Of a stretch of 64,000 bases of DNA, positions 49,701 through 57,600 are shown in pieces. A program made the translations under genes and the position numbers. Position 1 is the first letter of the stretch. Each line of letters opens with the position of its first letter. Location of the stretch: assembly GCA_963846985.1 (NCBI GenBank), contig CAWJYC010000012.1:106506-170505 (forward strand), given 5' to 3'. The notes under the pieces were generated by a model that saw only the letters and a list, made by a program, of their open reading frames with translations, was not told the origin of the DNA and ran no database searches. Origin of the DNA: an uncultured Actinomycetota bacterium. GTDB taxonomy: Bacteria; Actinomycetota; Actinomycetes; Mycobacteriales; Mycobacteriaceae.

Positions 49701-51579
49701 TATGACCCCGTCCATCCGCACCATTTGGGACCTCACGCCAAACCTCAGCATCCATATCGAGGCGGTTCATCGGCTCGACAGCTTTGGAGCGGTCATAACC
49801 CATGAGGGCCATGGGACCTCTCACGACGGCTTCGACGCCGAGTGGCGGGCGGTGGACATCCTGATGGTGAACGGCGACCGGATAACCGGCTGCGAACTAT
49901 TCGACGAGGCAGACCTCGACGCCGCGCTCGCCCGCTTTGAAGAGCTGCATCCACGGCCCGGGCGGCTGGAGAACGCCGCAAGCCAAGCGGCCGACCGCTT
50001 CTTTTCGCACTTGGCGGCTCGGGAGTGGGCGGCGATGGCCGAGATCCTGGTCGAGGACAGTTTTAGCGACGATCGTCGTCGTGTCGTGAATGCCGGGCTA
50101 TGGCACGGTCGCGATGTTGTGATTACAGCACTGCGCGATACCACCGCTTTCGGGGTTCTTATCGGAGTTTCAACGGTCATCGCAACCAGAGGGCGCCGAC
50201 TCGCCCTCGGCAGTGTGCGATGGTCGGCCAACGACCAAGGCGCAGACGCGTTTCAGAGCGAGGCGCTGTGCATTAGCGAGATCGAAAGCGACGAACGGCT
50301 CACCGCGATCATTATTTTCGAGCCGGACGACAACGAGGGTGCCATCGCTGAGCTCGATGCTCGCTACCTCGCCGGCGAAGCCGCCGCCGACGCGCATACA
50401 TGGTCGCTGGTTGCGAACGCTTACGCCGCGTTCATCAGGCACGAATTACCTGAGCTGAGCTCCGACTGGGTCAACGTCGATCACCGGCGTGGCGCAGCGT
50501 TCGCGGGCGGCGAGATGACCGCCTACCTCCAGGACTTGTTTGACGACGTGCCCGATATCCATGTCTACGCCGAAGTCGTGCATCGCCTGGGCAATCTCGG
50601 AGCCGTCGTCAGCCAGACTGGGCATGGCACGTCGCAGATGGGCTTCCAGGCCGAATGGCGGGAGATCGTGATTTTCGTGTTTGACGGCGATCTGCTCAGC
50701 CGTTACGAAATCTTCGACGAGGCGGACCTCGACGCCGCCCTCGCGCGGTCCGACGAGCTGCAATCGCGGCCGCCACGGCTGGAAAACGCGGTAAGTCAAG
50801 TGGATCAACGGTTTTGGACGCAGTTCGCAGCCCGCGACTGGGACGGGATAGCGGAGCTTCTCGCCGACGACATATTGACAGAAGATCGTCGGCGGGTGGT
50901 GAATGCCGGGGTCCGGCATGGTCGAGATAGCCACATCGCGGAGGTGCGATCTGTCGCCGAGGTGGGCGTCGAGAATGTCACGTCGACCATCGTCGCGACC
51001 CGTGGCTCGCGGCTCGTACTGACTCGTATCAGCGGCTCCAACCGCGAAGTTGGGGCCGGTGAACTCAGTGCCGAGGTGCTCAACATTGTTGAAATTGACG
51101 CCCAACGACGGATTTCGGGCCGCGTCGGGTTCGACACCGACGACATCGCTGCCGCCTTCGAGGAACTCGACGCTCGATACCTTGCAGGAGAAGCGAAGCC
51201 GTACGCGAAAACCTGGACGGCAGTCGCTGGAGCCTATGTGGCGTTCAATCGACACGAAATCCCTGCCGCGCCTGATTGGGTGAACGTCGACCATCGGCGA
51301 GGGACAACAGTTGGACCTGGCGACATGGCCGCCAATATCCAGGCCACGTGGGACGTCGCGCCAAACATCAGGCGATCAATCGAGGCCGTCCACCGGTTGG
51401 ACAACCTAGGCGCGGTCGTCACGCATACGGCGCAGGGGACGTCGCGAGAGGGCTTTGATGCTGAGTGGCGGCTGGTCGCACTTTTGACGTTCGAAGACGA
51501 CCTAATCAGCCGCGCCGAGCTCTTCGATGAAGCAGACCTCGACGCCGCGCTCGCCCGCTTCGATGAACTACGCGCGTAG
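40708..51579 (+). CDS. Giant multidomain protein: BTAD end, class III cyclase, STAND AAA ATPase, helical/TPR region, 19 SnoaL/NTF2-like domains
   Basis: LADELGVDPGPEL; TFLLTDIEGST/GEGD/DYFGRAVNRAARL; FVGR, GEPGVGKT (41509), VLVLDDLHWA (41845), GGNPFF; repeats from 43879. Confidence 0.92.
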   Translation: MLADELGVDPGPELRRLETAIVAQSAELEVVAAQNVASVMRAVTFLLTDIEGSTAAWEAEPNVMASALARHDELVEQVVTSRAGRLIKTRGEGDATFSVFERPSAAAAAAIELQDAVAQEPWTLRAPIRIRVALHTGEVELRDGDYFGRAVNRAARLRSLAVGGQTLCSGATAELVIDSLPEHVMLADLGLRELRNLARPEHVFELRLATAEVHAQPPTSDSPIERPGLPTVLIGTGPFVGRGNELERLYAAWQTALGGGTRAALIAGEPGVGKTRLAGEWSRQAYEHGAVVLYGRCDEDLGAPYQPFAESLRSLVPCVGTNRLRGLRGVEALLSLVPGLTDVVPDLAMPTRADPDTERYAFFDAVVALLETASKEVPVVLVLDDLHWAAKPTLLLLRHLLRFGENARLQIVGTYRSTDLDRSHPLAAMLADLHRDGTSSRINLSGLDEGDVTAYVAKAGYDDEELGRALASVTGGNPFFLIEALRHVDESGGVWDPSTLPQGVREAVSRRLSRLPNETNKALAAAAVVGSRFALDLVERVVGDDLVDAFDEAAKAGIVIEEPGGYYRFNHAIVRQSLLAELPSVRRMRLHQRIATTLEAEPGGDELLAELAHHYFECAWAGNAAKAVEYCRRAADQAMTRLAYEGAADLYGHALHAMDELDEELPDRDDQVADLLVARCEALLAAGDVASAAGTVAQLQQATVDSARLSAWATCFDGQLSILVHPERLDDVEAGLEAAAHKLAEMDDAAGEAKAHTVRAQCLARLGRIGDCEIALDDALTAARRARDHRRVNAVLAGAPLAALWGPNPVPRAGGRCLDVVRLLRITTDSPAVEATSTRCQAVLEAFRGRDAAARRMIDSARRTVTELGLRHAVLEVEQFAGIVELVLDDPAAAEPHLRKACNGFRRMGLDADTAETAALLGRACLELNRNSEADELCTESERLAGNALKASIAWRTLRAQLLSHSSDHVEARRVAQAAIALAERTDGLVDHGDACLSLATVLGAAGDAAGARAAAERAAGLYELKGAAALAERARRALDEPSITSGPTPPELPPVIELDTACVRAGERVAVAVNRGDWDEYERLIAPGASLESRRKIIGFKPTDVPFDDWQRQNRRILETGETRLDYMFVAVRGERLALSRLKVGTGDSSPGAPIDEFLQVYGIDEEGRVAFQIWFDVEDMDAAIAELDAVQARFEEQRSQTRCLENTATRVFERVWSQFAAGDWSALSEAVSESYSGIDHRRVVNAENQHGRDAVVNDLKAAADVGFTISMVGVIAVRGEHLALTRVRASGRDPEAIQNDALNVIEIDSDERILAAVTFDLEDFDAAIAELECCYLTGEAAVYARTWSVVAAAYDGFNRREPLATAPDWVNIDHRRGAGFASGDMMAYVEAAWEDSPDTKIYIGAVHRLSDIGAVVSHVARGISQQGFDGEWRDVNLLAIEGDVVSRSELFNEADLDAAIARFDQLSRPTPRFENAASQVADRFQAHFAARDWAAMGTILADEFSSDDRRRVVGAGVRDGRHAEIADMAATADLGISHVKSTVLATRGDRLTLMRGSFSGRDQGPGAFHSEALGIVEIDRSERIIAFVTFDLDDIDAAHAELDARYCAGEAAPYSRVWSVIVGAYAALNRCEMPSTTPDWVNIDHRRGASFAPGELPVLLANWNPPDLSFSIEAVHRLNELGAVFSSVSHETSQDGFAAEWRTTDILTVDGNMVNRCEIFEEADLDAAITTFDELSRPAPRLENTASRVYGRLRAYFAARDWAAMAAILADDSSMNDRRRIVGSEVRRGQDATMAAWRAIAEVGVTKTTSVVIAARGTRLAMCRTQASTSGGLNANVFQIVDIDADERLLAVVTFDLEDFDAAIAELDARYLAGEGGAYAQTWSALTMAFAAVNRHELPKLTPGWVNIDHRRGATFAAGDMTAYIHDLWNDSPNINMYVQVVHRLDSLGAVITQAAHGTSQQGFEAEWQENSIFMFDGDLVSRCELFDEEDLDTAIATFDQLGVPAPQLENTASRANARYVACFNARDWDTMASILADDYYSDDRRRITGTGTRRGRGAEIENLQVLADFGTTVTVEVIATRGDRIIVTRTHASTNQQHGSHAEALLLVETDVDGRFAATIMLDVEDIEAAFEELDARYRTGEAAAHAHTWRVIAGVFVAHNRREVAATTPDVVSIDHRRVAGFAPGEGFEYIRAGWELDQSLNIYIEAAHRVNDLGAVFTWAGHGTSHEGFDAEWRGVTLLTVDGEMVSRMEVFDDTGLDSAIARFDQLSRPAPQLENAACQIGDRFMAHFAAGDWDAMAEVLAYNVSNEDRRRVISTGIFDGRDAQVANARAMAELWSRNMTRAVLATRGRDLSLARLTLSGNGVEAFLTEFLVVMEIDADERITAIIVFDLEDIDAAIAELDARYLAGEAAAHSRAWSAIAGVYAALNRGEMAATATDLVDIDHRSLEAIGSGDLMAYLRVASEDAPRSGIYIETVHRLTDLGAVTTHVAKSTSREGFDAEWRITSFFIVGGDRVNRYEYFDEDDLEAALAGFDALHRQTPRLENTAARAYERLQECFAARDWDALAETLANEAFHDDRRRVVGGFREGRHAVAAEFSVFAEIGVKRITFDPIAIRGSSLVLSRSRASGRDRRADAFRTDVLSIAEIDATERIKALITFDPDDFDAAFEELEKRYLASEAAAHAHVWSVIASGFGALRRSELPLTTPECVSIDHRRTAAFAPGELNAYTRAAFDLTADHSIYVEAVHRLNDGGAVCTHVTHGVSHEGFAAEWREVDILMVEGDIVGRCELFEEADFDDAVAKFEELSLPTRRLENAASRVAEIYWKYFGTRQWGVMADIIASNFVSDDRRRVVGAGSQHGLEATIEDMRVLADIWFENVAATVIAIRGQRLALMRIGISSGEHGPESFVTEVLAVGEIDADERLVAGISFDLDDIDAALEELDARYIAGESAGPARIWSVVASSYAAFNRHEVPAADWVTIDHRRSTPFEPSNMTPSIRTIWDLTPNLSIHIEAVHRLDSFGAVITHEGHGTSHDGFDAEWRAVDILMVNGDRITGCELFDEADLDAALARFEELHPRPGRLENAASQAADRFFSHLAAREWAAMAEILVEDSFSDDRRRVVNAGLWHGRDVVITALRDTTAFGVLIGVSTVIATRGRRLALGSVRWSANDQGADAFQSEALCISEIESDERLTAIIIFEPDDNEGAIAELDARYLAGEAAADAHTWSLVANAYAAFIRHELPELSSDWVNVDHRRGAAFAGGEMTAYLQDLFDDVPDIHVYAEVVHRLGNLGAVVSQTGHGTSQMGFQAEWREIVIFVFDGDLLSRYEIFDEADLDAALARSDELQSRPPRLENAVSQVDQRFWTQFAARDWDGIAELLADDILTEDRRRVVNAGVRHGRDSHIAEVRSVAEVGVENVTSTIVATRGSRLVLTRISGSNREVGAGELSAEVLNIVEIDAQRRISGRVGFDTDDIAAAFEELDARYLAGEAKPYAKTWTAVAGAYVAFNRHEIPAAPDWVNVDHRRGTTVGPGDMAANIQATWDVAPNIRRSIEAVHRLDNLGAVVTHTAQGTSREGFDAEWRLVALLTFEDDLISRAELFDEADLDAALARFDELRA
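43879..51576 (+). repeat. Intragenic array: one lone domain + nine ~801-813-nt A+B SnoaL-like units
   Basis: Unit starts (EN[T/A]) at 44326, 45133, 45940, 46741, 47545, 48352, 49162, 49969, 50782; recurring RDW, DRRR, ELDARY.AGE, IDHRR, VHRL, GF.AEWR, FDE.DLDAA. Confidence 0.93.
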
Positions 51580-51793
51580 GTTCGACTAAAGAAAGCGGCA
51601 GGTCGAGCCTGAGACCGGTTTCACGCAAGATTTGGCCACCGGATAGATCGCCACCTCTCTCAAGCTGGGTCAAGGGCTTTCGTAGCAAGGATCGTCGGCG
51701 GGCAGTGAACCTCAGTCGTCGAAGACCCCGTGATTCATTGGTGAGAGAGATATTGGCGCTCAACGGCATGGCTCGCAATGGGCGTGATGCAAT

Positions 51794-51816
51794 GCCCCCG
51801 TCGGTGGGACAGGGGC
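51794..51816 (-). terminator. Possible hairpin terminator after the thiolase gene
   Basis: GCCCCcGTC-ggtgg-GACaGGGGC. Confidence 0.35.
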
Positions 51817-51835
51817 GCCAGTCGTCGTTCGAGGA

Positions 51836-53032
51836 TCACAGCCGTTCGATGATGGTGGCGTTCGCCATGCCGCCGCCCTCGCACATCGTCTGCAACGCGA
51901 AGCGTCCGTCCCGCTGCTCGAGCGCGTTGACCATGGTCGTCATGATGCGGGCGCCGCTGGCGCCGAGCGGGTGACCGATGGCGATGGCGCCTCCGTTGAC
52001 GTTGGTCTTGGCAAGGTCGGCTCCGGTATCGCGCGCCCATGCCAGCACGACCGGCGCGAAGGCCTCGTTCACCTCGAACAGGTCGATGTCGGCCAGCGTC
52101 AGTCCCGCGCGGGCGAGCACCTTTTCGGTCGCCGGAATGACGCCGGTCAGCATGTAGAGCGGGTCGGACCCGACCACCGTCATGGTGTGAATGCGGGCCA
52201 GCGGCCGCAGTCCCAGTCGGCGGGCGGCGGCGCCACTCGTGATCATCACCGCGGCGCTGCCGTCCGACAGCGGCGAGGAATTGCCGGGCGTAATCTCCCA
52301 ATTGATTTGGGGGAAGCGGGCCGCGTAGGCCTCGTTGAAGAACGCGGGCCGCAGGCCGGCGAGGGTGTCGACCGTCGTACCCGGGCGGACGATCTCGTCG
52401 GTCGACAAGCCGGCGATCGGCGCCAACTCGTTGTCGAACAGACCCTCCTTGGTGGCGCGGGCGGCCTTCTCGTGGCTGTTGGCGGAGAATTCGTCGAGTT
52501 CGGTGCGCGACAGACCCCACTTGGCGGCGATCAATTCGGCGCTGATGCCCTGGGGAACAAGCCCTTCGGAGTAGCGCTGTGCGAACGCCCTACCGAAGGG
52601 ATCGCTTCCCGGAAGTACGGAGCTGCCCATCGGCACCCGGGACATCGACTCGACGCCGGATGCGATCACGATGTCGTAGGAGCCAGCCAAGACGCCTTGA
52701 GCCGCGAAACTGATTGCCTGCTGGCTACTTCCGCACTGGCGGTCGACGGTGGTGCCGGGCACGCTCTCGGGGAATCCAGCGCCGAGCAACGCGTTGCGGG
52801 CGATGTTCACGGATTGGTCGCCCACCTGGGTGACCGCGCCCGCAATCACGTCGTCGACCGTGCCCGGGTCGATCCCGGTGCGTTCGACGACCTCGCGCAG
52901 ACTGTGGGCCAGCAGGTCGGCAGGCAGAATGTCGTGCAGGGCTCCGTTGGCCTTGCCCTTGCCGACCGGGGTGCGGACGGCGGCGACGATGACGGCATCG
53001 CGATCGGAATACTGGGCCTTCGAAGCGGACAT
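51836..53032 (-). CDS. Thiolase (acetyl-CoA C-acyltransferase)
   Basis: RQCGSSQQA, NEAF, GHPLGASG, MCEGGG. Confidence 0.95.
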   Translation of the reverse strand: MSASKAQYSDRDAVIVAAVRTPVGKGKANGALHDILPADLLAHSLREVVERTGIDPGTVDDVIAGAVTQVGDQSVNIARNALLGAGFPESVPGTTVDRQCGSSQQAISFAAQGVLAGSYDIVIASGVESMSRVPMGSSVLPGSDPFGRAFAQRYSEGLVPQGISAELIAAKWGLSRTELDEFSANSHEKAARATKEGLFDNELAPIAGLSTDEIVRPGTTVDTLAGLRPAFFNEAYAARFPQINWEITPGNSSPLSDGSAAVMITSGAAARRLGLRPLARIHTMTVVGSDPLYMLTGVIPATEKVLARAGLTLADIDLFEVNEAFAPVVLAWARDTGADLAKTNVNGGAIAIGHPLGASGARIMTTMVNALEQRDGRFALQTMCEGGGMANATIIERL

Positions 53033-53056
53033 GGTGTTCTCCTAGGTGACTCGCCG

Positions 53057-53114
53057 CTGAGTACTGCTGTCTATACTTAGATGTAACACCCTCGGTCTAT
53101 CGACAACAACCCAG
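53057..53114. promoter_or_regulatory. Two 24-bp imperfect palindromes (CTnnGT-N12-ACnnAG), putative HxlR operators
   Basis: CTGAGTA...TACTTAG (53057-53080) and CTCGGT...ACCCAG (53091-53114) between divergent thiolase and regulator. Confidence 0.5.
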
Positions 53115-53121
53115 CTGTGGA

Positions 53122-53628
53122 GTGATGTACATGACAGTCCTGCAAGGGCCGCTCGCCGATCGCGACTCGTGGTCGGCGGCAGGCCGCTGCCCCATCGAGA
53201 AGACGATGGGTCTGGTGGGCACCAAGTCGGCGATGCTGATCATGCGGGAGGCCTACTACGGCACCACGCGCTTCGACGACTTCGCCCGCCGGGTCGCCAT
53301 CACCAAGGCCGCCACCTCCGCCCGGCTCTCGGAACTGGTCGACGCCGGACTGCTGACCAAGCAGCCCTACCGCGAGCCGGGTCAGCGCAGCCGCGACGAG
53401 TACGTCCTCACCGAGCAGGGCACCGCGTTCATGCCCGTCGTGTGGGCGATGTTCGAGTGGGGCAGGGGCTACTTCGACGACATTCCGCTGCGACTGTCAC
53501 ATCTCGACTGCGGCGCCGAGGCGACCGTCGAAATCCGTTGCGCCGCAGGTCATGACGTACCGCCCGACGAGTTGGCGGTCCGGGTGGCCCGGCCCGCCAG
53601 GGTTTCGGGTGGCGAGCGCAGGGGATAA
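53122..53628 (+). CDS. HxlR-family winged-helix regulator
   Basis: CPIEKTMGLVG.K, GTTRFDDF, RLSELVDAG, EYVLT..G; start may be 53131. Confidence 0.88.
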   Translation: MMYMTVLQGPLADRDSWSAAGRCPIEKTMGLVGTKSAMLIMREAYYGTTRFDDFARRVAITKAATSARLSELVDAGLLTKQPYREPGQRSRDEYVLTEQGTAFMPVVWAMFEWGRGYFDDIPLRLSHLDCGAEATVEIRCAAGHDVPPDELAVRVARPARVSGGERRG

Positions 53629-53637
53629 CGTGCGCCT

Positions 53638-54567
53638 GTGCTGCACTTGCGTGTCATCGCGCCCGAGGACCTCCGCGACGAGGTGATCGCCACCTTGCGC
53701 GATGAGGTCGGTGTGGCGAATCTCCTCTTCTATCCCGGCGCCGCCCTCGACCCGGCCGGCGACGAGATCACCGCCGACGTCGCCCGCGAATGTGCGAACG
53801 ACCTGATCCGACGGCTCAAGGCCCTCGACGTGCAGCACCGCGGCGCCATCACGCTGGAAGTCCTCGACACCGTCCTGTCGACCCGGGCCCACCGCGCCGA
53901 GGACGCGGCGCACGGCGATCCGGCCGACGCCCTGCTGTGGGACGAGCTGATCGGTCGCACCCGCGAGGAGTCGACCCTATCCGTCACCTTCGTGACGTTC
54001 CTGACCCTGGCCTGTCTGATCGCCGCCATCGGTGCGCTGACCGACTCGACGGTCACAGTCGTCGGCGCCATGGTTCTGGGCCCAGAGTTCGGTCCGCTCG
54101 CGGCGGTGGCGGTGGCGATCGTCCAGAGGAGCTGGGGCCTGGCGCGACGCGCACTGCTGGCCCTGGCCGTCGGCTTCCCGGTGGCGATGGCCATCACGGC
54201 GATCGCGACGCTGGCGGGGCACGCCCTCGGCTGGGTGGATCTCGAGACCATCCGCCGGGTCAAGGCGGTGGACTTCATCTTTCAGGTCGGACCCGTGTCC
54301 CTCGTCGTCGCGCTGCTGGCCGGCGCCGCCGGCATGCTGTCGCTGGTCTCCGCCAAGTCCGCCGCGCTGGTCGGCGTCTTCATCTCCGTCACCACCGTGC
54401 CCGCAGCCGGATTCGCCGTCGTGGCGGCGATCCTGGGGGATTGGGACGTGGCCGCCAGGTCGGCCATCCAACTGGTGGTGAACCTGGTCGGCATCGTGGT
54501 GGCGGGCATCGTCGTGCTGGTGTTGCGGCGGCGCAGCAAGCTGATTCCCCGGTTCGCCCAGACCTGA
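53638..54567 (+). CDS. DUF389-like membrane protein
   Basis: VVGAMVLGPEFGP, LVGVFISVTTVPAA; multi-TM. Confidence 0.85.
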   Translation: MLHLRVIAPEDLRDEVIATLRDEVGVANLLFYPGAALDPAGDEITADVARECANDLIRRLKALDVQHRGAITLEVLDTVLSTRAHRAEDAAHGDPADALLWDELIGRTREESTLSVTFVTFLTLACLIAAIGALTDSTVTVVGAMVLGPEFGPLAAVAVAIVQRSWGLARRALLALAVGFPVAMAITAIATLAGHALGWVDLETIRRVKAVDFIFQVGPVSLVVALLAGAAGMLSLVSAKSAALVGVFISVTTVPAAGFAVVAAILGDWDVAARSAIQLVVNLVGIVVAGIVVLVLRRRSKLIPRFAQT

Positions 54568-54621
54568 GCCGGGCCCCTTCGACGGTGCACCCCCCGGCCG
54601 GGTGTGGTGGGATCAACGCCT

Positions 54622-57600
54622 ATGGGTATCAAGGTGGCGCTGGAGCATCGCACCAGTTACACGTTCGACCGGCTGGTGGAAGTGCATCCGCACGTCGTCC
54701 GATTGCGTCCGGCGCCGCACTCGCGCACTCCGATCGAGGCCTATTCGCTACAGGTCGAGCCCGCCGACCACTTCGTCAACTGGCAGCAGGACGCTTTCGG
54801 CAACTTCCTGGCCCGGCTGGTGTTCCCGAGCCGGACCCGCGAGCTGACGATCACCGTCGGCCTGATCGCCGACCTGAAGGTGATCAACCCCTTCGACTTC
54901 TTCATCGAGGACTTCGCGGAGAAGTGGCCCTTCGAATATCCGAAGGCGCTGCTCGAGGATCTCAAGCCGTACCTGCGGCCGGTCGACGAGGACGGCGAGG
55001 GATCCGGTCCCGGCGAGCTCACCCGCGACTGGGTGAAGAACTTCACGGTGCGCCCGGGTACGCGAACCATCGACTTCCTGGTGGCGCTCAACGGCGCCGT
55101 CAATGCCGACGTCGGATACAGCGTCCGCATGGAAGCCGGCGTGCAGACGCCCGACCACACCCTGCGGACCGCGATCGGCTCGTGCCGTGACTCCGCCTGG
55201 CTGCTGGTCTCCGTGCTGCGCCAGATGGGCCTCGCCGCCCGGTTCGTCTCGGGCTACCTGGTTCAGCTCACCTCCGACGTCAAGGCGCTCGACGGTCCGT
55301 CGGGACCGGTCGCCGACTTCACCGACCTGCACGCCTGGACCGAGGTATACATCCCGGGCGCCGGCTGGATCGGACTCGACCCGACCTCGGCGCTCTTCGC
55401 GGGCGAGGGCCACATCCCGCTCTCGGCGACCCCGCATCCGGCCTCCGCCGCGCCCATCACCGGCGCGACCGAACCCTGCGACGTGACACTCGACTTCTCC
55501 AACGTGGTGACGCGGGTGCACGAGGATCCGCGCGTCACGCTGCCCTACACGCCGGCCGCGTGGGATTCGATCGTCCGACTGGGTGCCGCCGTCGACGCGC
55601 GGATGACGGCCGGCGACGTCCGGCTGACCATGGGCGGCGAGCCGACGTTCGTGTCGATCGACAACCAGGTCGACCCCGAATGGACCACCGACGCCGACGG
55701 CCCACACAAGCGCGAACGCGCATCGGTGCTCGCCGCCCGGCTCAAGTCGATCTGGGCGCCGCAGGGGTTGGTGCAACGGTCGCAGGGCAAGTGGTATCCC
55801 GGCGAACCCCTGCCGCGCTGGCAGATCGTCCTGCACTGGCGCACCGACGGACAACCGCTGTGGACCGACGCAGCCCTGCTGGCAGACCCGTGGGCCGAAC
55901 CCCCCGCCGAACCCGCCCCCGCCGACGCGGCGCAGCGGGTGCTCGGCGCCGTCGCGGCTGGGTTGGGTCTGCCCGACTCACAGGTCCGGCCCGCCTACGA
56001 GGATGCCCTCGGGCGACTGGCCGCCGCCGCCCGTGAGCCCGCCGGGGAACCGGTGACCGATGCCGACGATCTCGCCGTCGACACTCCCGATGCAAGGAAC
56101 GCGCTGCTGGCCCGGCTCGACCAATCGGTCACCGAGCCCAGTGCCCACGTGCTGCCGCTGCACCGCCGCGAGGACGACTCCGGTTGGGCCAGTGCGGATT
56201 GGCAGCTGCGGCGCGGCCGGATCGTGCTGCTCGCCGGCGACTCACCGGCCGGGCTGAGACTTCCACTCGATGCGGTCAGCTGGCAGCCGCCCCGCCCGTC
56301 GCACGACGCCGATCCGCTGGCGCCCCGCGGCACCCTGGACGTTGCCGCCGGAGCCGAGGACGCCGAGATCGAAGCAGCCGACGGCGCCCCCATCACGGCG
56401 ATGGTCGCCGAGGTCCGCGGTGGAGTGCTCTACGTGTTCCTGCCGCCGACCGAGGAACTCGAGCACTTCGTCGACATCGTCTCGCGCCTCGAGGCGGCTG
56501 CGGCCAAGGTCGACTGCCCGCTGGTGGTGGAGGGCTACGGTCCGCCGCCGGACGAACGGCTGACGTCGATGTCGGTCACCCCCGATCCGGGCGTCATCGA
56601 GGTCAACGTTGCACCGACCGCCAGCTTTGCTGCCCAACTCGAGCAGCTCGAAACCCTGTACGAGGAAGCCAGACTCGCGCGGCTGTCGACCGAGTCGTTC
56701 GACTTCGACGGCACCCACGGCGGCACCGGCGGCGGCAACCACATCACCCTCGGCGGCATCAGCCCGGCCCAATCGCCGATGCTCCGCAGACCCGACCTGC
56801 TGGTGTCGATGCTGACGTACTGGCAACGGCACCCGTCGCTGTCCTATTTGTTCTCCGGACGATTCATCGGCACCACCTCCCAAGCCCCGCGTGTCGACGA
56901 GGGACGCTCGGAGTCGCTCTACGAGCTCGAGATCGCGTTCGCCGAGATCGACCGCCTGACGTCGGGGGAGCCCGGGGACACCGCCACCGACGAGCCGTCG
57001 GACACCACTTCCATTCCCTTACATGGTCATTCCGCAAGCTCCATTCCCTTACACGGTCATTCCGCAAGCTCCATTCCCTTACACGGTCATTCCGCAAGCT
57101 CCATTCCGTGGGTTACCGATCGGGCCCTCCGCCACCTCCTCACCGACATCACCGGCAACACCCACCGCGCCGAGTTCTGCATCGACAAGCTCTACAGCCC
57201 GGACAGTGCACGGGGCCGGCTCGGCCTGCTGGAGCTTCGCGGCTTCGAGATGCCACCGCACTACCAAATGGCGATGGTGCAATCCTTACTGGTTCGCTCG
57301 CTGGTGGCGTGGTTCTGGGACCAGCCGCTGCGTGCCCCGCTGATCCGTCACGGCGCCAACCTTCATGGTCGATACCTGTTGCCGCACTTCATCATTCAGG
57401 ACATCGCCGACGTCGCGGCCGATCTCCGCGCGCACGGCATCGACTTCGACACCAGCTGGCTCGACCCGTTCACCGAGTTCCGCTTCCCGCGGGTGGGCAC
57501 CGCAGTCTTCGATGGCGTCGAGATCGAGCTGCGCGGCGCCATCGAACCGTGGAACGTCCTCGGCGAGGAGTCCACTGCCGGCGGCACGGCGCGTTACGTC

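Noticed and set aside
43879-51835. Diversity-generating retroelement or invertase shufflon acting on the repeat array
   Set aside because: No reverse transcriptase or recombinase, no near-identical template/variable pair and no inverted crossover sites were seen; units are diverged at all codon positions.
57010-57107. 30-bp repeats as a CRISPR array
   Set aside because: Copies are directly adjacent with no spacers, lie in frame in a CDS, and no cas genes are present.
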